This document shows, piece by piece, positions 16,090 through 24,246 of a stretch of 29,825 bases of DNA (positions are counted from its first letter, which is position 1; each line of letters opens with the position of its first letter). Origin of the DNA: Candidatus Undinarchaeota archaeon (GTDB lineage: Archaea > SpSt-1190); assembly GCA_964549355.1 (NCBI GenBank), contig CAZJUS010000009.1:1-29825 (forward strand). Direction: 5' to 3'. The notes below the pieces were generated by a model that worked only from the letters and a program-made list of their open reading frames with translations, made no database searches and was not told the DNA's origin. A program made the translations under genes and the position numbers.

Positions 16090-16788
16090 ATGAAGCGGTG
16101 CCCCAACTGCGGACGCGTCAGGAAAAGGAAAGCGTGGCGCAAGCCCACCCCCGCCGACCTGCGGAAGGCCGAGAACTTTGAGCCTTTCGAGAAGGAGTGG
16201 TGCGACGACTGCATGAGGCGCGAAGCCAGCCACAACGCCATAATCCAAATCAGGGGCGCCCCCTTGGAAAAATTCAAGCCGGTTGTGGAGATGCATCTGG
16301 CCCGCAATGCTGGGAAGGGCGTTGTTGAAAACTTCTTTGAGAAGAACGGCAATTTCTATTTCAGCTCCAAGACTACCGCCAGGAGGATTGCGGGCGACCT
16401 GAAGAAGATGGGTGCGGAAATCAAGGAGACCAGCAAGCTGGTGACCTATGACAGGCAGGGCTCGAGGCCTTTGATGAGGCTTACCATATCCGCCAGGTTC
16501 AAAGTGGCAGTCGGCGACATAGTGGAGACCAAAGCCGGGCCGGATATTGCGGACAGGGTGGACGGGTCCTGGGTCTGGACGCGGAAAGGGCACAAAATCA
16601 AGCTGAAAGACGTCGTAAAACTCGAATCAGAAGCTTTCGAAGGGGTGCTGATTGCTGACAGCCCCCCGATGGCAACCCTCAAGGCGACGGGCGAAACTGT
16701 GGATGTGGAGGCTGCACCCGGTGTGGAAGCCGGCCGGGAGGTCATCTTGAGGGGCTTCAAAGGGAAGTGGTGGGTTGCGAAGAAATGA
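16090..16788 (+). CDS. NMD3-like ribosome biogenesis protein (shortened)
   Basis: CxxCG..W, CxxC.R.....AIIQIRG, SKLVTxDRQ....R.TIS.R; C-terminal SH3/OB-like region. Confidence 0.85.
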   Translation: MKRCPNCGRVRKRKAWRKPTPADLRKAENFEPFEKEWCDDCMRREASHNAIIQIRGAPLEKFKPVVEMHLARNAGKGVVENFFEKNGNFYFSSKTTARRIAGDLKKMGAEIKETSKLVTYDRQGSRPLMRLTISARFKVAVGDIVETKAGPDIADRVDGSWVWTRKGHKIKLKDVVKLESEAFEGVLIADSPPMATLKATGETVDVEAAPGVEAGREVILRGFKGKWWVAKK

Positions 16789-16845
16789 GCTTGGACGCAT
16801 TCTGGGCAAAGAATACTCTTAAAAAATCCCTGCCCGGATTATTTG

Positions 16846-17976
16846 GTGCAGCTGGGACTCCTGGGCAAACCCAATGTGGGCAAGAGCACCTTTTTCACAG
16901 CTGCGACCTTGAAGGACGTGGAGATTGCCAATTATCCTTTCACCACCATAAAGCCCAATGTAGGCATCACCCATGTCAGGGTGGACTGCCCCCACACCAG
17001 GCTCGGGCAGGACTGCAACCCGCGCAAGGGCAGGTGCTTTGCGGGCGTCCGCTTCGTCCCCGTGGAGATATACGATGTGGCCGGCCTGGTGCCGGGGGCC
17101 CATGAAGGCAAAGGGCTGGGCAACCAGTTCCTGGACGACGCCCGCAGGGCCAAGGTCCTGCTCATGGTGGTGGACGCCTCCGGCCGGACTGACAGGGAAG
17201 GCAACCAGGGCGAGGGCAACCCTGTTGAAGATGTGAAATTTGTGGAGGATGAGTTTGACTACTGGGTCGAGGGCATAGTGAAGAAGCTGCTGGCCGGCAA
17301 GTCCGGCACAGCCGAGGACATACTTCTGGACGGCCTGTCCGGGCTGGAGATAGACAAGGACGCCATCCTGAAGGCCATGGACGAGGCCCACCCCACCGCC
17401 GATGCCTTCGGCTTTGCCCAGGCTCTCCGCAGGGCCGGCAAGCCGATGGTGGTGGTGGCCAACCGGGTTGACCTGGAAGGCTCGGACGAGTGGCTCGGGA
17501 AGCTGAAGCAGCTTGAAGCCCCCGTCGTCCCGGCATCGTCGGCGGTGGAGATGCTCCTGCGGAAGGCTGCCGAAAAGGGGTTTATTGAATATGTCCCCGG
17601 GAATCCAAGCTTCAAGATTCTGAAGGAGGGCAGCTCCCAGCAGAAGGACGCTCTGGACTTCGCCCGCCAGTTCCTGGAGAAGTACGGTTCAACCGGAGTC
17701 CAGCAGGCTTTGGACCTTGCGGTCTTCAAGCAGGGCCGGCGGATTCCCGTATTCCCGGTCGAGGACGAAAACAAGTGGACTGACGGCAACGGCAATGTCC
17801 TGCCGGACTGCCTGCTGGTGAAGCAGGGGACCACCGCCAAGCAGGTCGCTTACCTCATCCACACAGACATCGGCGACAAGTTCGTCAAGGCCATAGACGG
17901 CAGGACCAAGCAGGCCCACGGGGCGGACTATGAGGTCCAGGCCGGCGATGTGCTGAAGATTTCAACCCGGAGATAA
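16846..17976 (+). CDS. ychF: Obg-family YchF-type NTPase, archaeal type, with TGS domain
   Basis: GKPNVGKST, ANYPFTT, DVAGLVPGAHEGKGLGNQFL, IHTDIG. Confidence 0.95.
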   Translation: MQLGLLGKPNVGKSTFFTAATLKDVEIANYPFTTIKPNVGITHVRVDCPHTRLGQDCNPRKGRCFAGVRFVPVEIYDVAGLVPGAHEGKGLGNQFLDDARRAKVLLMVVDASGRTDREGNQGEGNPVEDVKFVEDEFDYWVEGIVKKLLAGKSGTAEDILLDGLSGLEIDKDAILKAMDEAHPTADAFGFAQALRRAGKPMVVVANRVDLEGSDEWLGKLKQLEAPVVPASSAVEMLLRKAAEKGFIEYVPGNPSFKILKEGSSQQKDALDFARQFLEKYGSTGVQQALDLAVFKQGRRIPVFPVEDENKWTDGNGNVLPDCLLVKQGTTAKQVAYLIHTDIGDKFVKAIDGRTKQAHGADYEVQAGDVLKISTRR

Positions 17977-18969
17977 TTTTTTGAGAGTTTTTTTGACGTC
18001 TTCTTCGCCAAGCCGGGTCCTGAACCCCAGCGGCGTGAAGTGGGTCCTCACCCCCCCGACCGCCTCCAGCACCTCCGGCATCGGCGGGGGCGTCATTTTC
18101 AGCTCCCTGCAGATTTTGTGCAGGTGGAAGTACGGCTGCGGAAAGCCGGCTTCGCCCCTGATGAGCTCGAGGTCTCTGATGGTCGCCCTGCTCCCCATTT
18201 CCAGCCGGCCTGCCTTCTTCATCATTTTTTCAACCAGCTGTTTTTTCCACAAGCCTCCGAGCCAGATGGGGCCGACGCCACCCGATTCCCCCGTCTGCTC
18301 CAGCAGCCGGTCGCACCTGCCCGCTCCCTTTTTCAGCTCAAAGTAGATGCGGATGTAGTGGCGGTGGGTGTGTGCGAAGACGGGGGTCGGGGCCACCTCC
18401 AGCACCGCCCCCTGCCGGACCACGAAGCCCGCCAAGGCCCTGGTTGCTATCTCGTGGTAGTTGTCCGTCCGCTTCGACCTGAAGCCGTATCTCCTGCGGG
18501 CCACCCTCGGATAGGTGCCGGAGAGGGCTGCAGTGTCGGTGGCGCAGACGGCCAGCAGTTTTTTGGCATTCAGCAGGGCGCAGTGCACCCATGGCGCCGG
18601 GGTGCCGAAGGGGTCTATGTCTATGGCCTCCCAGAGCCGGGAGTGGATGGCCTTGCCCGCCCGCTCCCGGAAGACCGGCACTTCAACGCCGTTGAGCTCG
18701 GCATTCTTCTGCACCAGCCTTACTGCTTTGTCCGAAATGTCGCTGGCGACCACCTTCACGCCGTTTCCGGCCAGCCTGACTGCCCGCGCCCCCGTCCCTG
18801 CGAAGGCGTCCAGCACTTCACAGCCGTAGGCCTTGTAGACCAGGATGCTGATGTCGCGGGCCAGGGCCTGGTCCGGGTGGTAGAACACTTCACCCTTCTC
18901 CGGCGTCGGGGCTTCCGGCACCAGGAGCCTGCTTTCCCCTTCCCGGATTTCGACCAGCCTCTGCTCCAT
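17962..18969 (-). CDS. trm1: tRNA (guanine26-N2)-dimethyltransferase
   Basis: VFYxP....RDIS, LDAFAGTGARxxR, IDIDPFGTP, ATDTAxLxG, RTHFxPxGxRT. Confidence 0.95.
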   Translation of the reverse strand: MEQRLVEIREGESRLLVPEAPTPEKGEVFYHPDQALARDISILVYKAYGCEVLDAFAGTGARAVRLAGNGVKVVASDISDKAVRLVQKNAELNGVEVPVFRERAGKAIHSRLWEAIDIDPFGTPAPWVHCALLNAKKLLAVCATDTAALSGTYPRVARRRYGFRSKRTDNYHEIATRALAGFVVRQGAVLEVAPTPVFAHTHRHYIRIYFELKKGAGRCDRLLEQTGESGGVGPIWLGGLWKKQLVEKMMKKAGRLEMGSRATIRDLELIRGEAGFPQPYFHLHKICRELKMTPPPMPEVLEAVGGVRTHFTPLGFRTRLGEEDVKKTLKKLSPG

Positions 18970-19060
18970 ACTTCCAGCATCCGCCGGGGGTTTTGTAAGA
19001 TTTGTTGCAACTTTTCAGTGGAATGGAAACCTATATTAGTGTCACCGAGAAATGGTAGTC

Positions 19061-19861
19061 ATGGTGGAAGCTGATCTAGTTGCATCAATCCGCGATTACT
19101 TTGACCTTAACAGCTATGAAGCCAAAGTGTGGCTGGCCCTCCTGGGGCGCGGTATTGCAAGCGCCGGTGAGCTTGCTGAAATAACTTCAGTCCCCCGCTC
19201 GAGGACCTACGATATCCTGGAGAGCCTCGAACGCAAGGGGCTGGCCATGATGAGGCTGGGCAAGCCTATAAAATACATCGCCACCAATCCTGACGAAGTC
19301 ATCGGCAAGATGAAGAAGCAGATTGAGCTCAATTTGGCTGAAAGAACCCGCCGCCTCAATGAAATGAAAAACACAACTGTGTGGAGTGAAATTGTAGACC
19401 TGTACACCAAAGGCATCAAGAAAGTGGACCCGACCCAGGTTTCGGGCGCCATCCGCGGACGCCACCATCTCCACGACCAGTTCGAGGAGCTTTTCAGCAA
19501 TGCGGAGAAGGAGATACTGATTGTGACCAGCGGCATCGAGCTCAACAGGATAATGGAATACCACCACCCCGTCCTGAAGACCGCCAAGGAGAGGGGGGTC
19601 GACATCAGGATTGCAGTGAGTAGTGAGGGCCTGACGGACAAGAACCTGAAGCTGGCCAAGAGTGTCGCGGAGGTCCGCGAGCTGGCAGATATTGACTCCC
19701 GCTTTGTGATAGTGGACAACAGCGAGATAATCTTCATGCTTCTGCCTGAGAAGGACATCCACCCCAGCTACGATACAGGCATCTGGATACACAGCCCGTT
19801 CTTCACCAAAGCCCTCGAGGTCATGTTTGTGAGGGCCTGGGACGGCATGAAAAAGCTTTAA
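19061..19861 (+). CDS. TrmB-family transcriptional regulator / chromatin protein (TrmBL2-like)
   Basis: LNxYEAKVWxALL, VPRSRxYDxLESLE.KG, GKPIKY; PLD-like C-terminal domain. Alternative start 19052. Confidence 0.93.
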   Translation: MVEADLVASIRDYFDLNSYEAKVWLALLGRGIASAGELAEITSVPRSRTYDILESLERKGLAMMRLGKPIKYIATNPDEVIGKMKKQIELNLAERTRRLNEMKNTTVWSEIVDLYTKGIKKVDPTQVSGAIRGRHHLHDQFEELFSNAEKEILIVTSGIELNRIMEYHHPVLKTAKERGVDIRIAVSSEGLTDKNLKLAKSVAEVRELADIDSRFVIVDNSEIIFMLLPEKDIHPSYDTGIWIHSPFFTKALEVMFVRAWDGMKKL

Positions 19862-19883
19862 TCCCCTCCATTCGGAAAGCATT

Positions 19884-20306
19884 GTGGTTCATCGGCTTTA
19901 CACTGACGGCGCCGCCCGCGGCAACCCCGGCCCTGCCGGCGCGGGGGCGGTTTTATTTGACGGGGCCAGGCAGGTGGCCAAGCTCAGCAGATTCCTGGGC
20001 GGCAGGCTGACCAACAACGAGGCGGAGTACCGCGCTTTGATTCTCGGGCTTGAGATGGCCCTCGCGCAGGGGGCCTCCAGCCTGGAGGTCTTCATGGACA
20101 GCGAGCTGGCGGTCAACCAGCTTCTCGGCAAGTACAAAATCAAACAACAGCATCTGAGGGCCCTGGCCCGCAGGGTGGCGGAGCTGGCCCGGAAGTTTGA
20201 ATCGGTCAAATTCCGGCATGTGGAGCGGAGGCTGAACCGGCAGGCGGACAGGCTGGCCAACCTCGCCATTGATGATTTTGAGCTCGCAAAAAAATTGAAA
20301 AAATAA
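19884..20306 (+). CDS. rnhA: Ribonuclease HI
   Basis: YTDGAARGNPG, TNNEAEY, DSEL, HVxR..N..ADxLAN. Confidence 0.95.
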   Translation: MVHRLYTDGAARGNPGPAGAGAVLFDGARQVAKLSRFLGGRLTNNEAEYRALILGLEMALAQGASSLEVFMDSELAVNQLLGKYKIKQQHLRALARRVAELARKFESVKFRHVERRLNRQADRLANLAIDDFELAKKLKK

Positions 20307-20346
20307 AAAAAGAGGCCCAACGACGGGCGTCCGCGCTGGGTCCTCT
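20305..20346 (-). terminator. Putative ftsZ terminator (GC hairpin followed by T-tracts on the minus strand)
   Basis: agagg-ccca (20311-20319) pairs with tgggtcctct (20337-20346) with a bulge; adjacent A-runs on plus are T-runs on minus. Confidence 0.45.
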
Positions 20347-20392
20347 GGGGGTAAGGGTCGGGGCGGATTCCTCTCTGAAAACCGCAATTCTC

Positions 20393-21460
20393 CTAAAGGA
20401 GCGTGAGGCCGAGCTGGTTGGTCATTTCGACAGCCTGCTTGGTCGCTTCCTGGGCGTTGACCGGCCCCAGAATATTGGAGCTCTGGACGCCTGTTATTAT
20501 AGTCATTATGCGGATTTTGCCCTCAAACTTGGGGTCTATCCTGGCGCCCCATATCACCTGCGCGTCCTTGGACAGCTCCTTGGTGACGAACTCTCCGACC
20601 AGGTTGGACTCTTCAAGCGTCATGTCCGGCCCGCCCGTTACATGGAGCAGGGCTCCCGTGGCCCCGCGGTAGTCTACATCAAGCAGAGGATTGTTGAGGG
20701 CTTTCCTCACAGCACTCTCAGCCCTGTTTTCATTGCTGGCTTCCCCGACGCCTATGATGGCCACTCCGCCCTTGCTCATGATGGACTTCACATCGGCGTA
20801 GTCGAGATTGACCAGGCTCGGCAGGGCGATTGTCTCCACTATCCCTTTTATCATGGTCGAGACCACTTCATCCGCAACACTGAAGGCCTGCGCAATGGGC
20901 AACTTGCCTGCAATCTCCAGCAGCCTGTTGTTGTCTATTACAATTACAGTGTCGCTGACCTGCCTCAGTTCATAAAGACCGGATTCAGCCTTGTAGATTC
21001 TGGCCTTCTCCATCTTGAACGGCATGGTGACGGCGCCGATGACTATGGCACCCATTTCTTTTGCAATGCTTGCTATTATTGGAGCAGAGCCTGTCCCGGT
21101 CCCGCCCCCCATGCCGGCCACTATGAATACCATGTCAGCATCCTTGAGGATTTCCTTGATTTCGCTCTTGGATTCCTCTGCAGCTTTTCTGCCGACTTCA
21201 GGAAAGCCCCCCGCACCCAAACCTTTGCAGGCCTCCTTCCCAATCAAAAGTTTTGCATCAGCCTCGCGGTGGTCGAGGTGTTGCTTGTCCGTATTGATGG
21301 AGACTATCCGCGCCCCGCGGATCCCCATCTTGTAGAGCCGGTCGGCCGTGTTGTTGCCAGCACCGCCTGCACCCACCACTACAATTCTTGCTTGTCCAAT
21401 TTCCCACGTTTCATTTTGTGTGTTTTCGTTTTCTAGTGCCGATTTTATGATGAAGTCCAT
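20393..21460 (-). CDS. ftsZ: Cell division protein FtsZ (probably the FtsZ2 clade)
   Basis: GAGGAGNN, GGGTGTG tubulin signature, NLDYAD, IWGARID; short N-terminus resembling FtsZ2; SD AGGGAGG upstream. Confidence 0.97.
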   Translation of the reverse strand: MDFIIKSALENENTQNETWEIGQARIVVVGAGGAGNNTADRLYKMGIRGARIVSINTDKQHLDHREADAKLLIGKEACKGLGAGGFPEVGRKAAEESKSEIKEILKDADMVFIVAGMGGGTGTGSAPIIASIAKEMGAIVIGAVTMPFKMEKARIYKAESGLYELRQVSDTVIVIDNNRLLEIAGKLPIAQAFSVADEVVSTMIKGIVETIALPSLVNLDYADVKSIMSKGGVAIIGVGEASNENRAESAVRKALNNPLLDVDYRGATGALLHVTGGPDMTLEESNLVGEFVTKELSKDAQVIWGARIDPKFEGKIRIMTIITGVQSSNILGPVNAQEATKQAVEMTNQLGLTLL

Positions 21461-21826
21461 TGAGACCCCTCCCTAATATATACATTCCGATGTATATTTC
21501 GGACTGTAGCAATGCATATTTACCATCACTACCTTCCTATTTTAGGCGATAGGGCTTATACTGAGCAACTCAGTTTAACTAAAACTTCCTAAACTGGTTA
21601 AATCCGCTTGGCAGCGGTTAAATTGTCTTGGATGGCAGTCCGAGACTAACTTCCTAATTTTATTATCTCCCCCACTTATTTATGCATAATTCCGCCAAAT
21701 TATATATTTCACAAAACATACATCGCATCGCAATATTTTTGTATATAAACTTATAATGCATGTGAATTCTGCAGTGGTAAGTTTTTGAGAAGGTGAATTA
21801 TTTAACGGGAGTTGGATATGCTTTAG
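21461..21826. promoter_or_regulatory. AT-rich divergent ftsZ/gatD intergenic region with repeated CTTCCTA motifs and palindromes
   Basis: CTTCCTA at 21533, 21585 and 21650; inverted repeats at 21478-21497, 21560-21574, 21604-21617, 21625-21646; palindrome TTATGCATAA at 21680-21689; TATA-like elements near 21700 and 21742. Confidence 0.7.
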
Positions 21827-23119
21827 GTGGAGTATGACAACAAGCAGGTCATAGTAAAACTGAAGGACGGGACTGAAGTCGAGGGCATTGCAATTCCGAA
21901 GACCGAATATTCGAAAGATGATATTCTGATTGTGAAGCGGAGGGACGGCTACAACGTCGGCGTGTCGAAGCAGAGGATAAAGAGCATCAAGGTCGTCGGC
22001 GATGTCGGGGCCCGGGCCGGCAGGGCTGCAAAGGCGGACCCGAAGCAGTTCAAGGGCGGGCCGGGGGTGGGTCTGCTTGCAACCGGCGGGACCATCGCCA
22101 GCAGGGTTGATTATGTGACCGGCGGTGTGAGGGCCAGCATGAGCGCCGAGGAGATTCTGTCGGCAGTCCCGGAAGCCGGCGATTTTGCGACCATTGATTT
22201 CAAGACTTTGTTCAACAAGCTGAGCGAGGACATGACCCCGCAGGACTGGGTGCGGATTGCCAAGGCGACCGCCGCCCTGCTGAAGAAAAATGAAGGGGTG
22301 GTGGTCCTCCACGGCACCGACACCCTCCACTACACTGCAGCCGCCCTGTCTTTCATGATTGACTCCGGCAAGCCGGTTGTCCTGACAGGCGCCCAGCGGA
22401 GCAGCGACCGGCCCAGCTCGGATGCCTTTGAGAATATACTCGCATCCCTGCGGACGGCGCAGAGCAGAATCGGTGAAACAGTGGTGTGCTTCCACTCAGG
22501 GACCAGCGACGGGAGCTTTGATGTAATGCGGGCCACCCGCGTGCGGAAGATGCACACCTCCGCCCGGCCGGCTTTCAAGTCCATAAACACGCCGGTCCTG
22601 GCCACCATCGACACTGCCGGGCGCCTGAAGAAGCTGGCGGATTTTGCGGAGAGGAACAACCGCAAAAAAACAACAGTAGACGCCAAGCTTGAGGATAAGG
22701 TGGCCCTGGTCAAAGTTTTTCCCGGCTCGGACCCGGCCGTCCTGGAATGGTACGCCGGGCAGGGCTACAAGGGAGTGGTGCTTGAAGGGACCGGGCTCGG
22801 CCATGTCCCGGTCAACCCGTCGAACGGGAGGGGCTGGATCCCCGCCATCCGGAAAGTCATGGAAGAAGAAAAGCTGGCGGTGGTCATGACTTCCCAGGCC
22901 ATCTACGGCCGGACGCACCCTTATGTCTACACCAATCTCCGCGCCCTGTCAAAGGAAGGGGTGATTTTTGCGGGCGATATACTGCCCGAGACCGCACTGG
23001 TCAAGCTGATGTGGGTGCTTGGGCACACAAACAAAACGGAAGAAGTTGCAAAACTTATGCGGACTGATTTGAGGGGGGAGCTGACCCCCAGGACTCTCCA
23101 AGTCAATCCGGAGCCTTAG
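21827..23119 (+). CDS. gatD: Glu-tRNA(Gln) amidotransferase subunit D
   Basis: N-terminal GYNVG domain, TGGTIASRVDYxTG, HGTDT, GAQRSSDRPSSD, RKMHTS, GTGLGH. Confidence 0.97.
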   Translation: MEYDNKQVIVKLKDGTEVEGIAIPKTEYSKDDILIVKRRDGYNVGVSKQRIKSIKVVGDVGARAGRAAKADPKQFKGGPGVGLLATGGTIASRVDYVTGGVRASMSAEEILSAVPEAGDFATIDFKTLFNKLSEDMTPQDWVRIAKATAALLKKNEGVVVLHGTDTLHYTAAALSFMIDSGKPVVLTGAQRSSDRPSSDAFENILASLRTAQSRIGETVVCFHSGTSDGSFDVMRATRVRKMHTSARPAFKSINTPVLATIDTAGRLKKLADFAERNNRKKTTVDAKLEDKVALVKVFPGSDPAVLEWYAGQGYKGVVLEGTGLGHVPVNPSNGRGWIPAIRKVMEEEKLAVVMTSQAIYGRTHPYVYTNLRALSKEGVIFAGDILPETALVKLMWVLGHTNKTEEVAKLMRTDLRGELTPRTLQVNPEP

Positions 23120-23126
23120 CCCCCTG

Positions 23127-23561
23127 CTATTCCACTGTGAATGTGATGTCTTTTGAGCTTCCGCCGGAGAAATACAGCTTGGCGGTTGCGGTGTTTCCAG
23201 AGCTCAAACCATAGTCGTCGCTGCAGGCAACTCCTTTGGTGACGGCTGCCGATGTTGCTGTGGTTGATGTGGTGTTGCAGTCATACATAGAGGTTGCATT
23301 CTTGACCTTGATTGATGTGATAGTCACATCCTCCGAAGCTAGATTGGTTATATCAAAGTAGAGGGCGCCCCCGGATATGTATGCCCTGTCGATGCCAACA
23401 TACATGGCATTGGCGCCTGATGAAATCTGGGTGACTCCTCCTTCACCTCCCTGCTGTGAACTAACCTGCATCCTCTGGTACCATACCCAGGCACCTCCTG
23501 TGGCTGCGACAGCCATCAGCAGAAGTAAAACCGTTGCAATAACGGGGCTGATTCCTTTCAT
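23127..23561 (-). CDS. Archaeal type IV pilin (class III signal peptide)
   Basis: MKG|ISPVIATVLLLLMAVAA prepilin motif; Ser/Thr-rich beta domain with a Cys pair. Confidence 0.92.
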   Translation of the reverse strand: MKGISPVIATVLLLLMAVAATGGAWVWYQRMQVSSQQGGEGGVTQISSGANAMYVGIDRAYISGGALYFDITNLASEDVTITSIKVKNATSMYDCNTTSTTATSAAVTKGVACSDDYGLSSGNTATAKLYFSGGSSKDITFTVE

Positions 23562-23663
23562 GTAACTCTTTCAACTTTCATGTATTTAATGTTGTGTGTT
23601 GTGGAAAAAATAGTATCCCTTATTTTAAATTAAAGGTAAAAAAAAGAAAGAACCAGGCACAGT

Positions 23664-24113
23664 TTACTCAACCGATACAATCTTTGTAACGGATGCTCCT
23701 GAAGCATAAAGCCTAACCTGCAAACTCGTACCCGATGTGTGCGCGTATGGCCAATCCTTGCACTGGATGGTAATGAACTCGGTTGATCCAATTTGTGTTG
23801 TACTCGCTGTAATGTTGCTGTTGCAAGTTTCGAAATTGCCTGTACTGTTCTTAACCTGCACTGCGTTTATGCTCACTGTGTCTGCTCCTTGGTTTCCCAA
23901 ATAGAGAGTCAGATTACCATTTGAATTTGTGTACGCACGGTCAATATATACCGATTGTAAGGAAGTAGTTGCTTTGATGTTGGAGATTCCACCTTCCCCT
24001 CCCATCTGTGCACTCACTTGCATTCTCTGGTACCATACCCAGGCACCTCCCACGGCCGCGACGGCCATAAGTAATAGCAAAACCGTTGCAATAACGGGAC
24101 TTATACCTTTCAT
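23664..24113 (-). CDS. Archaeal type IV pilin (class III signal peptide), paralog
   Basis: Same MKG|ISPVIATVLLLLMAVAA start at ATG 24113; Cys pair and several NxS/T sequons. Confidence 0.92.
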   Translation of the reverse strand: MKGISPVIATVLLLLMAVAAVGGAWVWYQRMQVSAQMGGEGGISNIKATTSLQSVYIDRAYTNSNGNLTLYLGNQGADTVSINAVQVKNSTGNFETCNSNITASTTQIGSTEFITIQCKDWPYAHTSGTSLQVRLYASGASVTKIVSVE

Positions 24114-24246
24114 ATTAACATAAAAGAGCATGCTGTATATATCCTTTTCTTGGAAGGCATTAAATTCCACAGTTCTGCCCGTTTTCAGCCAGCTTTAACT
24201 TTTAAGTGTTAATAACCCCTTTTAGCTGGTGTCTGCAGGGGATTTC

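Noticed and set aside
21461..21700. CRISPR-like array (motif recurring every 52-65 nt)
   Set aside because: The shared core is only ~7-12 nt and imperfect, and no cas genes are in the window.
21461..21700. cdrS-like RHH ORF upstream of ftsZ
   Set aside because: The candidate minus-strand starts I read stop early; no ~50-aa RHH-like ORF found.
21461..21826. Replication origin in the AT-rich intergenic region
   Set aside because: No convincing ORB (TTCCAxxGGAAA plus G-string) and no adjacent cdc6/orc1; cannot be fully excluded without skew analysis.
21680..22495. 271-aa antisense ORF overlapping gatD
   Set aside because: Shadow of gatD, which has all expected motifs.
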